From the NCBI GenBank assembly GCA_963700145.1, contig OY969474.1, forward strand, positions 4,320,001 to 4,384,000: a stretch of 64,000 nt of DNA, read 5' to 3'. Shown one piece after another: positions 30,401 to 40,451 of this stretch (its first letter is position 1; each line of letters starts with the position of its first letter). Source of the DNA: an uncultured Acidobacteriota bacterium. Its GTDB lineage: Bacteria > Acidobacteriota > Thermoanaerobaculia > Multivoradales > UBA5704. Position numbers and translations under genes: made by a program. Below the pieces are notes generated by a model. That model was not told the origin of the DNA, made no database searches, and was given only the letters and a program-made list of their open reading frames with translations.

Positions 30401-32209
30401 ACCTTCACCCAGCCGGGCACCTACCCGGTCAAGCTGAGCGTGTCGCAGCTCGGATGTCTCTCCGCGAGCTGCCCGAGCGACACGATCACGAAGAACGTGA
30501 CCGTTGCCGGTCCGAGCTTCCTGGCCACGTTCAGCACCAGCGTTTCGTGCACCGAGGAGTTCGGGATCGTCTACTGCCCGGTCCAGACGGGCCAGAAGGT
30601 GGACTTCACGGGCACCACCGCGGGAGCCACGCAGCACACGTGGGACTTCGGCGACGGCACCACGGGGACGGGGGCCGCCGTCTCCCATGCCTGGACCGCC
30701 CCGGGGCCGTTCACGATGACCTACACGGCCTCGAACGGTACGACCACCGCGGCGGTCACTCGCAGCATCGTGGTCACCGGCGCCCCGATCCCGAAGAAGA
30801 AGTCCGTCGTCCTGCCCTGGATCGCACAGACGCGCGGCGTCCTCGTGCAGTCGAGCGACCTCTATTTGCACAACCCGGGCGAGGCCGACCTGCCGGTCGT
30901 GGTCACGCTCCGCGAGCGCGGCACCCCGAGCCCCAACCCGGCGACCGCGGCGCTCACCATCAAGCCGCACGAGACGCTGTTCTACGGCGACGTGATCAGC
31001 GAGCTCTTCCACAAGGAGAACGTCACCGGCTTCATCACCGTGGTCACCGAAGGGGACGGCCCGGCGCCGATCATCACCTCCTTCAACAGCACCACCCAGG
31101 ACGGCGGCAAGTTCGGCCAGGCCGTTTCCGGATCCACGGTGAGCGCCGCTACCGAGGCCGCGACTCTGGGCGAGAGGCTCGACCACCTGGTGGGGCTCAA
31201 CGCCACCACCGAGAAGCTGGCCTACGTCGGCGTGAGCAATCCAAACGACGCCCCGGCGACCTACAGGCTGAGGTTCTTCGACAAGCTGGGGCAGAAGGTG
31301 GGCGAGACCGAGGACATCGTGCTGGCGCGCTTCGGCCAGCAGCAGTTCCAGTCCAAGGCGCTCGCCGCCAACTGGGGGATCAACGACCTCGACGACTACC
31401 GCGTCGAGGTGCAGACGGTCGCCGGCGCCCAGCTCTTCCCGTATGGCGCCAACGTGCGCGTGCAGTCTGCCGACCCGTCGTACGTCGGCGGCGCCAAGGC
31501 GAACCAGCCGTTGGTGCACCTGGTGGGCGTCTTCGGCACCAAGGGGCTCAACAACAGCGTCTGGCAGACCGACGTCGTGTTGGGCAACAGCAGCGACCAG
31601 GTGGTGATCACCGACGTCACCTTCCGCGCTGTCGGCACTACGCCGCCGGCCTACGACACGGTACCCGTCACCCTGCAGCCGCGGGAGACCAAGCGGATCG
31701 AGAACGTGCTGCAGACGCTCTGGGGGCTCAGCAATACGGTCGGCGTCCTGACCTTCGAGAGCGACAGCCCGAGCGGGGTCTATCCGACGATCCTCGCCGA
31801 GGTCTACGACAACGCCAACCCCGGCAAGCGGTTCGGCCAGTCGATGGCCGCCCGGGCGCTCGAGGCCGGGGCCGCGGCGGGCCAGTCGCAGCACCTGATC
31901 GGGCTGCGGCAGGAGAGCGGCCAGTACCGCTCGACGGTGTCGCTCTTCAACGCGGGCACCGACTTCGCGCTCTACGACCTGGTCTATCGCGAGCTGGACG
32001 GCGATACGATCCAGACCATCGCCAACCTGCAGCTCGGCCCGGGCAAGCTGCGGCAGATCAACCCCGGCGCCCACCCGCTGCCGGCCGGCGGCCTGGCCAA
32101 CGGGTTCAGCGTCGAGGTCAAGGTGAAGGCGGGGAAGATCCTGGCCGGCGCCCAGGTGATCAACGACTCGACCAACGACCCGGCCTACATCCTCGGCGAG
32201 ACGCGCTGA
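27458..32209 (+). CDS. Large secreted multi-PKD-domain surface protein
   Basis: Signal peptide; N-terminal propeller-like region; several WDFGD/WGDG and HTF..PGTY PKD motifs; 9-Gly linker; duplicated C-terminal module (SDLYLHNP / TDVVLGN). TTG start inferred after GGAGGA. Confidence 0.88.
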   Translation: MVSRNHFSSSLLVSLCALGFATVGIPAAQAACPANTGAVGVPAPFWGRLQPTDVVSVPGDRDTTEYVGGNQTTDWKHPLFSSLDVEGGYVFTSYAFGLHVWDATGENAADPKLRATRDQGKGEFLENIGYQEQRWLMWDIDAPPGNSNLVALSGIAPFGLAVWDTTNKSAPKILYQDTGRTAYGVFSTTLGGRHYAFAASNGVGAPQQGLLMYDLSAAKERYGSAAGCKEDSSASTSCGVFKQRLGPADGFQFVDGFTTAAGRTFVVATGGFGYSAGVKLWEVTNPSSPVDLGRVFSTQALHGVAAWEQGGRQFLAVQQVNGNARIHEITGCLDGGCSNPPQLWASAWPATLKPFVRWLTYSQGGDGTGYLYVGTEHGCIEEVQGEWIYDLSHLTSGGPEEITPPHTEVIGGKQVGYWSHYYPTRSTGFNRVHPRVGKVNGTHFYRAAWTLFDVHQLTDVDPTITVTGPANGYLDTAAAFTATALACTPDPGGWGWSTDGGTGAGLSATANLTWSALGTKTVSATNTGCPGATVVPAAIQVLDPAPALANVSASPNPVLVCQTVTLTANTVTGKPPLTYAWTVTGPDPTPGFTSANTNPIAWNIPSDTLPGTYTAAVTITGTGPPAGDDVTVEVLGLPDLQFTGDAKPTEQSVDHGSVQLTIAGKEQGATEWIWDFGDAGAGDCGAGFTEIAGGRCSSTNPAVGPVGKYVYKATGTYDVTVTIDNCVEEPITSNAEPVIITQVAPLLIVTFQAAGANCVGGACLVDKGQPVPFTVVTSGNPTSWSVVWGDGSTSSGPGSPVGLTHTYNTVSTFTPTLTITRGSESKDKTHPNIVVANPSPPSINVAGPASGQPNQSMTFTASASNCSVAANGWSWSVTGVSVADTDNQISVSFPSVGSKTVTAQNSACGSTQGSRSVSISEPGGGGGGGGGSTLKANFTFSPAAPAPGTPVTFDAGPSTGANLAYYWELPGKTAIEKVVTHTFTQPGTYPVKLSVSQLGCLSASCPSDTITKNVTVAGPSFLATFSTSVSCTEEFGIVYCPVQTGQKVDFTGTTAGATQHTWDFGDGTTGTGAAVSHAWTAPGPFTMTYTASNGTTTAAVTRSIVVTGAPIPKKKSVVLPWIAQTRGVLVQSSDLYLHNPGEADLPVVVTLRERGTPSPNPATAALTIKPHETLFYGDVISELFHKENVTGFITVVTEGDGPAPIITSFNSTTQDGGKFGQAVSGSTVSAATEAATLGERLDHLVGLNATTEKLAYVGVSNPNDAPATYRLRFFDKLGQKVGETEDIVLARFGQQQFQSKALAANWGINDLDDYRVEVQTVAGAQLFPYGANVRVQSADPSYVGGAKANQPLVHLVGVFGTKGLNNSVWQTDVVLGNSSDQVVITDVTFRAVGTTPPAYDTVPVTLQPRETKRIENVLQTLWGLSNTVGVLTFESDSPSGVYPTILAEVYDNANPGKRFGQSMAARALEAGAAAGQSQHLIGLRQESGQYRSTVSLFNAGTDFALYDLVYRELDGDTIQTIANLQLGPGKLRQINPGAHPLPAGGLANGFSVEVKVKAGKILAGAQVINDSTNDPAYILGETR

Positions 32210-32232
32210 TCCTCGTCCCCGCCGTCCGCGAT

Positions 32233-32271
32233 CGGGCCGCCGGACCACCCTCCGGCGGCCCGTCGCGCTTT
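32233..32271 (+). terminator. Hairpin terminator after the PKD gene
   Basis: cgggccgccgga / tccggcggcccg stem followed by a short T run. Confidence 0.55.
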
Positions 32272-32327
32272 CAGCGGCCTCTCGCCCCCAACGCCGCCCC
32301 GGGTCCGGGCCGTACAATCAACGTCCG

Positions 32328-33560
<1,233 letters not shown>

Positions 33561-33567
33561 TCCCGAC

Positions 33568-34707
33568 ATGAGCACCGACCTCCTGCCGGTCCTGGCTCCC
33601 CGCGAGGCGCGCGCCGCGGCGCGCGGGACCGCCGGGCTGTGCCTCAACCCCTTCCTTCACCTCGGCCCCGAGCGGATCTACGACCCGCTCACCGACCGCA
33701 TGCTGACGAGCGGCGAGGCCGGCTTCGCTGCGCTGGCGCGGCTCGTCGCCGGCGGCGCCGAGCTCGCCGAGCTGCCGGCGGGGGAGCGCGAGCTCCTCGC
33801 CGCCGGCGGTTGGCTGTTGCCGGCCGCCGAGGACCCCTCCAGCCGCTTCCTCTTGAAGTACGTCTCGCTCGAAGCGCACACGGTCTGCAACCAGACCTGC
33901 TACTTCTGCCCGGTGTCGGTCGCGCCGCGCGAGGACTACTTCATGCCGACCGAGCTGTACGAGCGGATCGTGGGGGAGCTGGCGGCCTTCCGCGAGACGA
34001 TCGACGGCGTCTTCATGATCAACTACAACGAGCCCACCCTCGACAAGCGGTTCGTCGAGCAGGTGCGGACCATCAAGGAGGCCGGGCTGCCGCCGGCCGT
34101 GCTCACCAACGCCACCGGGCTGACGCCGCGGCGCGTGGACGCGATCGTCGCTATGGGGGGCCTGCGCTATCTCTCGGTCAACCTCTCGACCGTCGACCGC
34201 GACCGTTATCGCGACGACCGGGGAGGCGACCACCTGAAGCTGGTGCTCACGAACCTGGAGTACATGCGGGACCGCCCGGTGGCCGAGCGGATGGACATGG
34301 TGGTCCTCGGCACGGGCGACGCGAATCACCGCCGCGACTACGAGGAGATCCGCGAGCGCTTCGCGGGCAGCCGCTTCGACGTCAAGTCCTACGAGGTCAT
34401 GGACCGCGCCGGCTACATGCAGATCGGCGCCCGGCCGGCGCGCGACGGCCGCCGCCTCTGCGGCTGCGACAACATCGGCTCGCGGCCGCTGCAGCACCTG
34501 CACATCACGCCGCGCGGCCAGTGCGTCCTCTGCTGCGAGGACTACGACGAGCGCTACGTCGTCGGCGACCTGACGCAGAGCAGCGTCGCCGAGGTGCTGC
34601 GCGGCCCGGAGATGGCGCGGCTCCGCCGTTGGGTCTACGGCCTGGAGGAGGCGCCCCAGGACTTCATCTGCCGCGGCTGCACCTTCGCTCTCACCCGGCC
34701 GGCCTGA
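33568..34707 (+). CDS. Radical SAM protein with C-terminal twitch/SPASM-type domain
   Basis: CNQTCYFC (CxxxCxxC), NEPTLD and LTNAT; C-terminal C...CCED...CRGC. Confidence 0.9.
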   Translation: MSTDLLPVLAPREARAAARGTAGLCLNPFLHLGPERIYDPLTDRMLTSGEAGFAALARLVAGGAELAELPAGERELLAAGGWLLPAAEDPSSRFLLKYVSLEAHTVCNQTCYFCPVSVAPREDYFMPTELYERIVGELAAFRETIDGVFMINYNEPTLDKRFVEQVRTIKEAGLPPAVLTNATGLTPRRVDAIVAMGGLRYLSVNLSTVDRDRYRDDRGGDHLKLVLTNLEYMRDRPVAERMDMVVLGTGDANHRRDYEEIRERFAGSRFDVKSYEVMDRAGYMQIGARPARDGRRLCGCDNIGSRPLQHLHITPRGQCVLCCEDYDERYVVGDLTQSSVAEVLRGPEMARLRRWVYGLEEAPQDFICRGCTFALTRPA

Positions 34708-34747
34708 GAGCTCGGCCGCCGGGCGGGCCCGCCCTCGATCCCCGTCC

Positions 34748-35800
34748 ATGCGCCTCGCCGTCGTCCTCGTCCACTACCACGCGGCGGAGCTGGCCCGCGC
34801 CGCGGTGGCGGCGCTGCGCGCCGACCTGGCGGGGACCGGCGTCGAGACCGAGTGGCTGCTGGTGGACAACGGCAGCGACGCCGGCGAGCGCGAGCTGCTC
34901 GCCGGTCTCGGGGTCGAGCGCCTCGACCCGGGCGAGAACCTGGGCTACGCCGGCGGCGTCAATCTGGGCGTGGCGCGGGCGCGCGCGGACGCCTTGCTGC
35001 TGATGAACCCGGACGTGCTGGCGCTCCCCGGCTGCGTGCCGGCACTGCTGGCGCGGCTGCACGCCGGAGCGGCGATCGCCGGACCGCGCTTTTTCTGGGA
35101 CCGCGGGCGGCGGCTGTTGCTGCCGCCGGCCGAGCCGCGCCGGCGCCGCGACGAGCTGTGGGCGATGCTCGCGGCGCGCGGCCAGCGCTGGGCGGCGCGG
35201 GCGCGGCGGCGCTGGCGGCGGCACGCGCGCCGCCACTGGCTGGCGCGGGACCCCTTGCCGAGCCACGCGCTCTCCGGGAGCCTCCTCGCCGTGCGCCGGG
35301 ACGCCTGGGAGCGGACGGGGCCATTCGATCCCGCTTTCCGCCTCTACTTCGAGGAGACGGACTGGCTGTTGCGTGCCGCCCGCCTGGGCCTGCGCGCCGA
35401 GCACGTGCCGGCGGCCGAGGCCGTCCACCTCGTCGGGCGGAGCGCCGCGCGCGAGCCGCGCGCCGGCGCCTGGTTCGAGGAGTCGGCGCGCCGCTTCCGC
35501 CGCCGCCATTACGGCGCCCCGTTCGCCTGGACGCTCGCGGCGCTCGACCGCCGCCTGCCGCGCGGCGCGCCGGCCGTCCCAGCCGCGGCGCCGCCGGGCG
35601 GGCTGCCGCAGCCCTGCTGGGTCGAGGTCTCTCCCAACCCGGCCGGCTTCCCGGCCGCCGCCGAGCGGCTGGCCGCCTGGCACACCGGCTGGACGCTGCC
35701 GGCGGAAGTGCGCGAGCGCGCGGCCGGCGAGCCGCTGGTCGCTCAGCTCACCGACGACGCCGGGCGCGAGCTCGCCCGCTGGTCCGTCGAGGACGCCTGA
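34748..35800 (+). CDS. Glycosyltransferase family 2
   Basis: VDNGSD, NLGYAGGVNLG, LLMNPD and FRLYFEETDW. Confidence 0.9.
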   Translation: MRLAVVLVHYHAAELARAAVAALRADLAGTGVETEWLLVDNGSDAGERELLAGLGVERLDPGENLGYAGGVNLGVARARADALLLMNPDVLALPGCVPALLARLHAGAAIAGPRFFWDRGRRLLLPPAEPRRRRDELWAMLAARGQRWAARARRRWRRHARRHWLARDPLPSHALSGSLLAVRRDAWERTGPFDPAFRLYFEETDWLLRAARLGLRAEHVPAAEAVHLVGRSAAREPRAGAWFEESARRFRRRHYGAPFAWTLAALDRRLPRGAPAVPAAAPPGGLPQPCWVEVSPNPAGFPAAAERLAAWHTGWTLPAEVRERAAGEPLVAQLTDDAGRELARWSVEDA

Positions 35801-36823
35801 GTGCGCATCGCCTACGTCCTGCCGTTTCCCGAGCTCAACGGCGGCAACAAGGTCGTCTTCCAGCACGCGGCGCTGCTGCGCGAGCACGGGCACGAGCTGT
35901 CGGTGCTGGCCCACGGCCCCCGACCGGACTGGATCGAGATCGACGCCGCCTATCAGGACACCTCGGCGGCGCCGCCGCGCCTGGCGGCGCAGGACCTGGT
36001 GATTGCCACCTACTGGACGACGGTCGCGGAGGCGCGCGCCCTCGACGTCGGCCCCGTCGCCCACTTCTGCCAGGGCTACGAAGGGGGGCTCGAGCACTTG
36101 GCCGCGCACCGCGCGGCGATCGAGGCGGTCTACGCGCTGCCGCTCCCCACCCTCACGGTCTCGCCTCACCTCCAGGAGCTCCTCGCCGCCCGCTTCGGAC
36201 GCGAGAGCGTCGTGGTGCCGCCGCCGCTCGACCCGCTCTTCCGCCCCGCCTGGCGCCGCCGGCCGCGCCGCCGCCGCCCCTGGGTCGCGCTGCCGGGGAT
36301 CTTCGGCGCCGCGGTCAAAGGGGTGGCGACGGGCTTGGCGGCGGTCGAACGGCTGCGGCGGGACGGGCACGACTGCCGGCTGCTCCGGCTCTCGGTGCTG
36401 CCGTTCGCGGCGGAGGAGCGGCGGCTCTTCCCCGCCGACCGCTACCTCGCCGGCGTGCCGCCGCGGGCGGTGGCGGAGGCGCTGCGCGGCTGCGACCTCC
36501 TCCTCCTGCCGTCGCGCGCCGAGGAGGGGTTCGGTCTGCCGCTGCTGGAAGCGATGAGCGCCGGCGTGCCGGCGGTCGCCTCGCGCATCCCCTCGACCGT
36601 CCACCTCGCCGACGGCGCCGTGCCGCTGGTGCCGCCGGAGGACGCGGCGGCCTTCGCGGCGGCCGCCGCCGCGCTCCTGGCCGACCCGGCGGCCTGGCGC
36701 CGCGCCCGCCGGGCGGGGACGGAGCGGGCGCGGGCCTATGCGCCGGCGGCCGTGGCGCCGCTCCTCGACCGCGCCGTCCGCTGGGCCGCGGCCGTCAGCC
36801 GCCGTGACGGGCGATCGCCCTGA
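35801..36823 (+). CDS. Glycosyltransferase family 4
   Basis: GGNKVV near the N-terminus; EEGFGLPLLEAMSAGVP. Confidence 0.9.
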   Translation: MRIAYVLPFPELNGGNKVVFQHAALLREHGHELSVLAHGPRPDWIEIDAAYQDTSAAPPRLAAQDLVIATYWTTVAEARALDVGPVAHFCQGYEGGLEHLAAHRAAIEAVYALPLPTLTVSPHLQELLAARFGRESVVVPPPLDPLFRPAWRRRPRRRRPWVALPGIFGAAVKGVATGLAAVERLRRDGHDCRLLRLSVLPFAAEERRLFPADRYLAGVPPRAVAEALRGCDLLLLPSRAEEGFGLPLLEAMSAGVPAVASRIPSTVHLADGAVPLVPPEDAAAFAAAAAALLADPAAWRRARRAGTERARAYAPAAVAPLLDRAVRWAAAVSRRDGRSP

Positions 36824-37823
36824 AGGGATAGAAGAGCTGCTCGAAGAGAGCGCCGAGGGCGCCGAAGCGGCCCGCCTCCTGCTCGGCGGGGAACGTCGGG
36901 TCGTCGATCCCGGTCTCGGGGTACTCGTCGTAGCCGCGGTACTGGGTGCCGAAGAGGTGGTCCCAGATGCTGAAGGTGAGCCCGAAGTTCCGGTCGCGAT
37001 GGCGCGGCTCGATCGAGTGATGGACGCGGTGGGACTGCGGGGTCACCAGCACGTAGCGCAGGACGCCGAAGTTGGAGCGGATGTTCGAGTGGTAGAGCCG
37101 GGTGTGCCAGTGGCGGATCCAGACGATGGCCACGATGCTGGCGAAGGAGTGCTCGACCATGAAGATGGGGATGAAGCCGATGGTGTAGATGAAGAGGTCG
37201 TCCACGGGGTGGACGCGGTACTCGGTGAAGAAGTTGAGCTCCCGTTGCGAGTGGTGCACGGCATGGAAGTACCAGAGGAAGGAGACCCGGTGGCGCACCA
37301 CGTGCGTGAACCAGAACACCAGGTCGCCGAACAGCAGCGCCAGCGCGAAGCGGGCGAGCCAGGGCCACTCGGCGGCGGCCTGGATGGTGAGGAAATCGAG
37401 ATGGCGGTCGTAGAAGAAGCGGAGCGCCACGACGTAGAGCGGCAGGACGGCGGCGTGCGCCCCCAGCTTGAGCAGGGTCCAGCCCAGGTCGAAGCGGGTG
37501 CCGCGCGCGAAGAGCGATTGGGCCGGCCGGGCTGGGATCAGCCGCTCCAGCAGCAGGACCAGCGCGAACACCAGGTAGAACCAGGGGTTGAGTAGAATCT
37601 CGGCGACGAGCGTGCGGTAGAGCGTCTCGTACGACTGTCCGAAGCGGTTCTCGATCGCCGTCTGCAGCCCCTCCTGCGGATAGAGCAAAGCGAGCGCGAG
37701 AGCGATCAGGACGAAGGTCAGGACCAGCCCCACGAGCGCCGTGGGCCGGCTGCGCCGCTGCTGCGGATTCAGCTCGCCGGGCGTGGAAGGGGAAGGAGAG
37801 GACGCGGGGAGACTCGACTGCAT
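36795..37823 (-). CDS. Sterol desaturase / fatty acid hydroxylase family protein
   Basis: His boxes THVVRH, FHAVHHS, YHSN and HRVHHS; NFG..FSIWDHLFGT. Confidence 0.9.
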   Translation of the reverse strand: MQSSLPASSPSPSTPGELNPQQRRSRPTALVGLVLTFVLIALALALLYPQEGLQTAIENRFGQSYETLYRTLVAEILLNPWFYLVFALVLLLERLIPARPAQSLFARGTRFDLGWTLLKLGAHAAVLPLYVVALRFFYDRHLDFLTIQAAAEWPWLARFALALLFGDLVFWFTHVVRHRVSFLWYFHAVHHSQRELNFFTEYRVHPVDDLFIYTIGFIPIFMVEHSFASIVAIVWIRHWHTRLYHSNIRSNFGVLRYVLVTPQSHRVHHSIEPRHRDRNFGLTFSIWDHLFGTQYRGYDEYPETGIDDPTFPAEQEAGRFGALGALFEQLFYPFRAIARHGG

Positions 37824-37846
37824 GATACGGACGAAAGTATAGCCGA

Positions 37847-38560
37847 ATGGCTACCCCCGCCTGGCGCCTCGCCGCCGACCCGCAGCAGCTCCGGGAGCAG
37901 TACCGGACGGCGCGGCCGTTCCCGCACATCGTGCTCGACGGGCTCTTCCCCGACACGCTCCTCGAAGGGGTGTTGGACGAGTTCCCCAAGCCGGGGGAGA
38001 TCCCCTGGCAGCACTTCGACAGCCCGACCGAAAAGAAGCTCGGCTACACCTACGGCGCGCCGCTCGGGCCGCGCCTGCAGAGCTTCCTCTGGCAGATGAG
38101 CGCGCCGCCGGTGCTGCAGTTCCTGGAGGCGCTGACCGGCATCGAGGGGCTGATCCCCGACCCCTACTTCGGCGGTGCCGGCCCGCACCAGATCGAGCCT
38201 GGCGGCTTCCTGAAGATCCACGCCGACTTCAACTGGCACCCGCTGCTGAAGCTCGACCGCCGGCTCAACCTGATCGTCTACCTGAACCGCGAGTGGCGCG
38301 AGGAGTACGGCGGCCACATCGAGCTGTGGGACCGGGAGATGACGCGCCGCGAGCGGAAAGTGCTGCCGGTCTGGAACCGCACCGTCGTCTTCAACACCAC
38401 CGACTTCTCCTACCACGGCCACCCCGAACCGCTGGCCTCGCCGCCGGGGACCAACCGCAAATCGGTCTCCTTCTACTACTACTCGAACGGCCGGCCGGCC
38501 GAAGAGCGCTCGGCGCCGCACGACACGGTCTTCCGCAAGACGCACGAGCGGGACTGGTAG
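37847..38560 (+). CDS. 2OG-Fe(II) oxygenase
   Basis: PFPHIVLD, IHADFN (HxD), RRLNLIVYLN, SYHG and RKS. Confidence 0.9.
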   Translation: MATPAWRLAADPQQLREQYRTARPFPHIVLDGLFPDTLLEGVLDEFPKPGEIPWQHFDSPTEKKLGYTYGAPLGPRLQSFLWQMSAPPVLQFLEALTGIEGLIPDPYFGGAGPHQIEPGGFLKIHADFNWHPLLKLDRRLNLIVYLNREWREEYGGHIELWDREMTRRERKVLPVWNRTVVFNTTDFSYHGHPEPLASPPGTNRKSVSFYYYSNGRPAEERSAPHDTVFRKTHERDW

Positions 38561-38586
38561 GACCGGCGGCGCCGAGGCGCGAACGC

Positions 38587-39720
38587 TCAGCGCTCGACGA
38601 CCACGTAAAAGCCTTTGGTGCCGAGGCTCTCGCGGTCCACCTCGAACGGCGCTGGGAGCTGCGCGAAGCGCGCCGGCAGCTCCGTGCGCTGCGGGTGGAG
38701 GGTGAAGCGCTCGAGGCCGGAGCGCCGCAGCCAGTCCTCCAAGGTGCGGCGGGTAAAGAAGCGGTAGTGGGTGTAGCAGAGGAGGCCGATCGGCAGGTAG
38801 TCCCAGCGGCCGGCGAGGAGGTCCTCGACGACGGCGTAGTGGCCGACGTTGGGGATCGAGAAGACGGCGCGGCCGCCGGGGGCGAGGAGGCGCGGCAGGC
38901 GGCCGAGGAAGGCTTCGCTCTCGACGAGGTGCTCGACCAGCTCGAGGGCGAGGACGAGGTCGAACGGGCCCTCGAGCTCCAGCTCCTCGACGTCCCCTTG
39001 GATCACCCGGTGGAGGTGCCGCGCCGCCTCGCGCGCGGCGAGCGGGTTGAGCTCGACCCCGGTCACCCGGCAACCCAGCCGTTCCTGGAGGAGGCGCCCC
39101 GTGGCGCCGCGGCCGCACCCCACCTCCAGCACTTCGCGGGCCCCGGGCGGGACGAAGGATAGGATGTCGTCGCGCACCTCGCCGTAGTAATCGATGAACT
39201 CGTGGCAGAGGCCGGCGCGGGCGGCGCCTGGCCGCTCGGCGAAGAGCGCGGGATCGCCCGCGAGCTCCGCCGCCGGCCGGCTGCCGGCGAGGCGCTCCCA
39301 CGCTTCCCAGGAGAGGAGAGTGACCGGGGGCGGCGGCGCCGGTGTCCGCCCTGGGGAGGCCGCGCCGGGGTCGTCGAGGAACAGCCATTCCAGCCGCTCG
39401 TAGCCGCGCAGGGTGTAGACGGGACGATCGGCGGCGAGCCCGATGTCGGCCAGCCGCTCGGGACGGACCTCGGCGGCGCCGGCGGCGAGTGCTGCGCGCA
39501 TCGCGGCGAGGCTGCGACGGCCGATCAGCACGTTCGCGCCGCCGACCAGGAGGACGGCGTCGCGGCGGCCGGCGGGGAGTGGCGTCTCGCCGGCGACCAC
39601 CGCGTCGACCGCGTCGAAGGCGGCGCGCGCCTCGAGCAGGGTGTGCGACCAGAGGTAGCGGAACTCGGGGGACTGGGCGCTTTCCGGGTCGAAGAGCTTG
39701 AACAGGAGGAGGTCGGTCAA
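38587..39720 (-). CDS. Class I SAM-dependent methyltransferase with N-terminal extension
   Basis: VLEVGCGRG, FDLVLALELVEHL, SIPNV and THYRFFT. Confidence 0.85.
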   Translation of the reverse strand: MTDLLLFKLFDPESAQSPEFRYLWSHTLLEARAAFDAVDAVVAGETPLPAGRRDAVLLVGGANVLIGRRSLAAMRAALAAGAAEVRPERLADIGLAADRPVYTLRGYERLEWLFLDDPGAASPGRTPAPPPPVTLLSWEAWERLAGSRPAAELAGDPALFAERPGAARAGLCHEFIDYYGEVRDDILSFVPPGAREVLEVGCGRGATGRLLQERLGCRVTGVELNPLAAREAARHLHRVIQGDVEELELEGPFDLVLALELVEHLVESEAFLGRLPRLLAPGGRAVFSIPNVGHYAVVEDLLAGRWDYLPIGLLCYTHYRFFTRRTLEDWLRRSGLERFTLHPQRTELPARFAQLPAPFEVDRESLGTKGFYVVVER

Positions 39721-39743
39721 CGGGCGTGCATACTATCGCGCCG

Positions 39744-40451
39744 ATGTGCGAGCTGACGGTCGTCGTCCCCGCCTACAATGAGGCGCAGCGGCTGGGGTCC
39801 ACCCTGCGCCGGACGGTGGACTACCTGGCGGGGCGCAGCCTCGCCTACGAGCTGCTGGTGGTGGACGACGGCAGCCGCGACGCGACGGTCGAGGTGGCCG
39901 AGGAGTTCGCCGGCGAAGGCGTGCGGGTGCTGCGCCACGGGCGGAACCGCGGTAAGGGAGCGGCGGTCAAGACCGGCGTCCTCGCCAGCCGCGGCGCGCG
40001 CGTCCTCCTCTCCGACGCCGACGCCTCGACGCCGATCGAGGAGCTGCCGAAGCTGGAGGCGCGCCTCCCCGAGGCGCCGCTCGTCCTCGGTAGCCGCGCC
40101 GCCGCCGGCGCCGACATCCGCCGCCACCAGCCGATCTACCGCGAGCTGATGGGGAAGGTCTTCAATCTCATCATCCGCCTGCTCGGCGTGCGCGGCGTGC
40201 GCGACACGCAGTGCGGCTTCAAGCTCCTCGACGGCGCGGTGGGGCGCGACCTCTGCGCCGACCTCACGGTCGAGGGGTTCGCCTACGACGTCGAGCTGGT
40301 GCTCCTGGCGCGGCGGCGCGGGCACCGCGTGGTGGAGGTCGGTGTGGTCTGGGAGGACTCGCCCGACTCGCGCGTCGACCCCCTGCGCTCGTCCTTCGCC
40401 ATGCTGCGCGACGTGGCGCGCCTCCGCTTCCGCCGGGCGGGGCGCCGTTGA
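39744..40451 (+). CDS. Polyprenol-phosphate glycosyltransferase (GT2, Alg5/DPM-like)
   Basis: VVPAYNE, VDDGSRD, NRGKGAAV, DADAS, DTQCGFK and FAYDVE. Confidence 0.9.
   Translation: MCELTVVVPAYNEAQRLGSTLRRTVDYLAGRSLAYELLVVDDGSRDATVEVAEEFAGEGVRVLRHGRNRGKGAAVKTGVLASRGARVLLSDADASTPIEELPKLEARLPEAPLVLGSRAAAGADIRRHQPIYRELMGKVFNLIIRLLGVRGVRDTQCGFKLLDGAVGRDLCADLTVEGFAYDVELVLLARRRGHRVVEVGVVWEDSPDSRVDPLRSSFAMLRDVARLRFRRAGRR

Noticed and set aside
27122-32317. 1731-aa minus-strand ORF
   Set aside because: Antisense shadow of the PKD protein gene.
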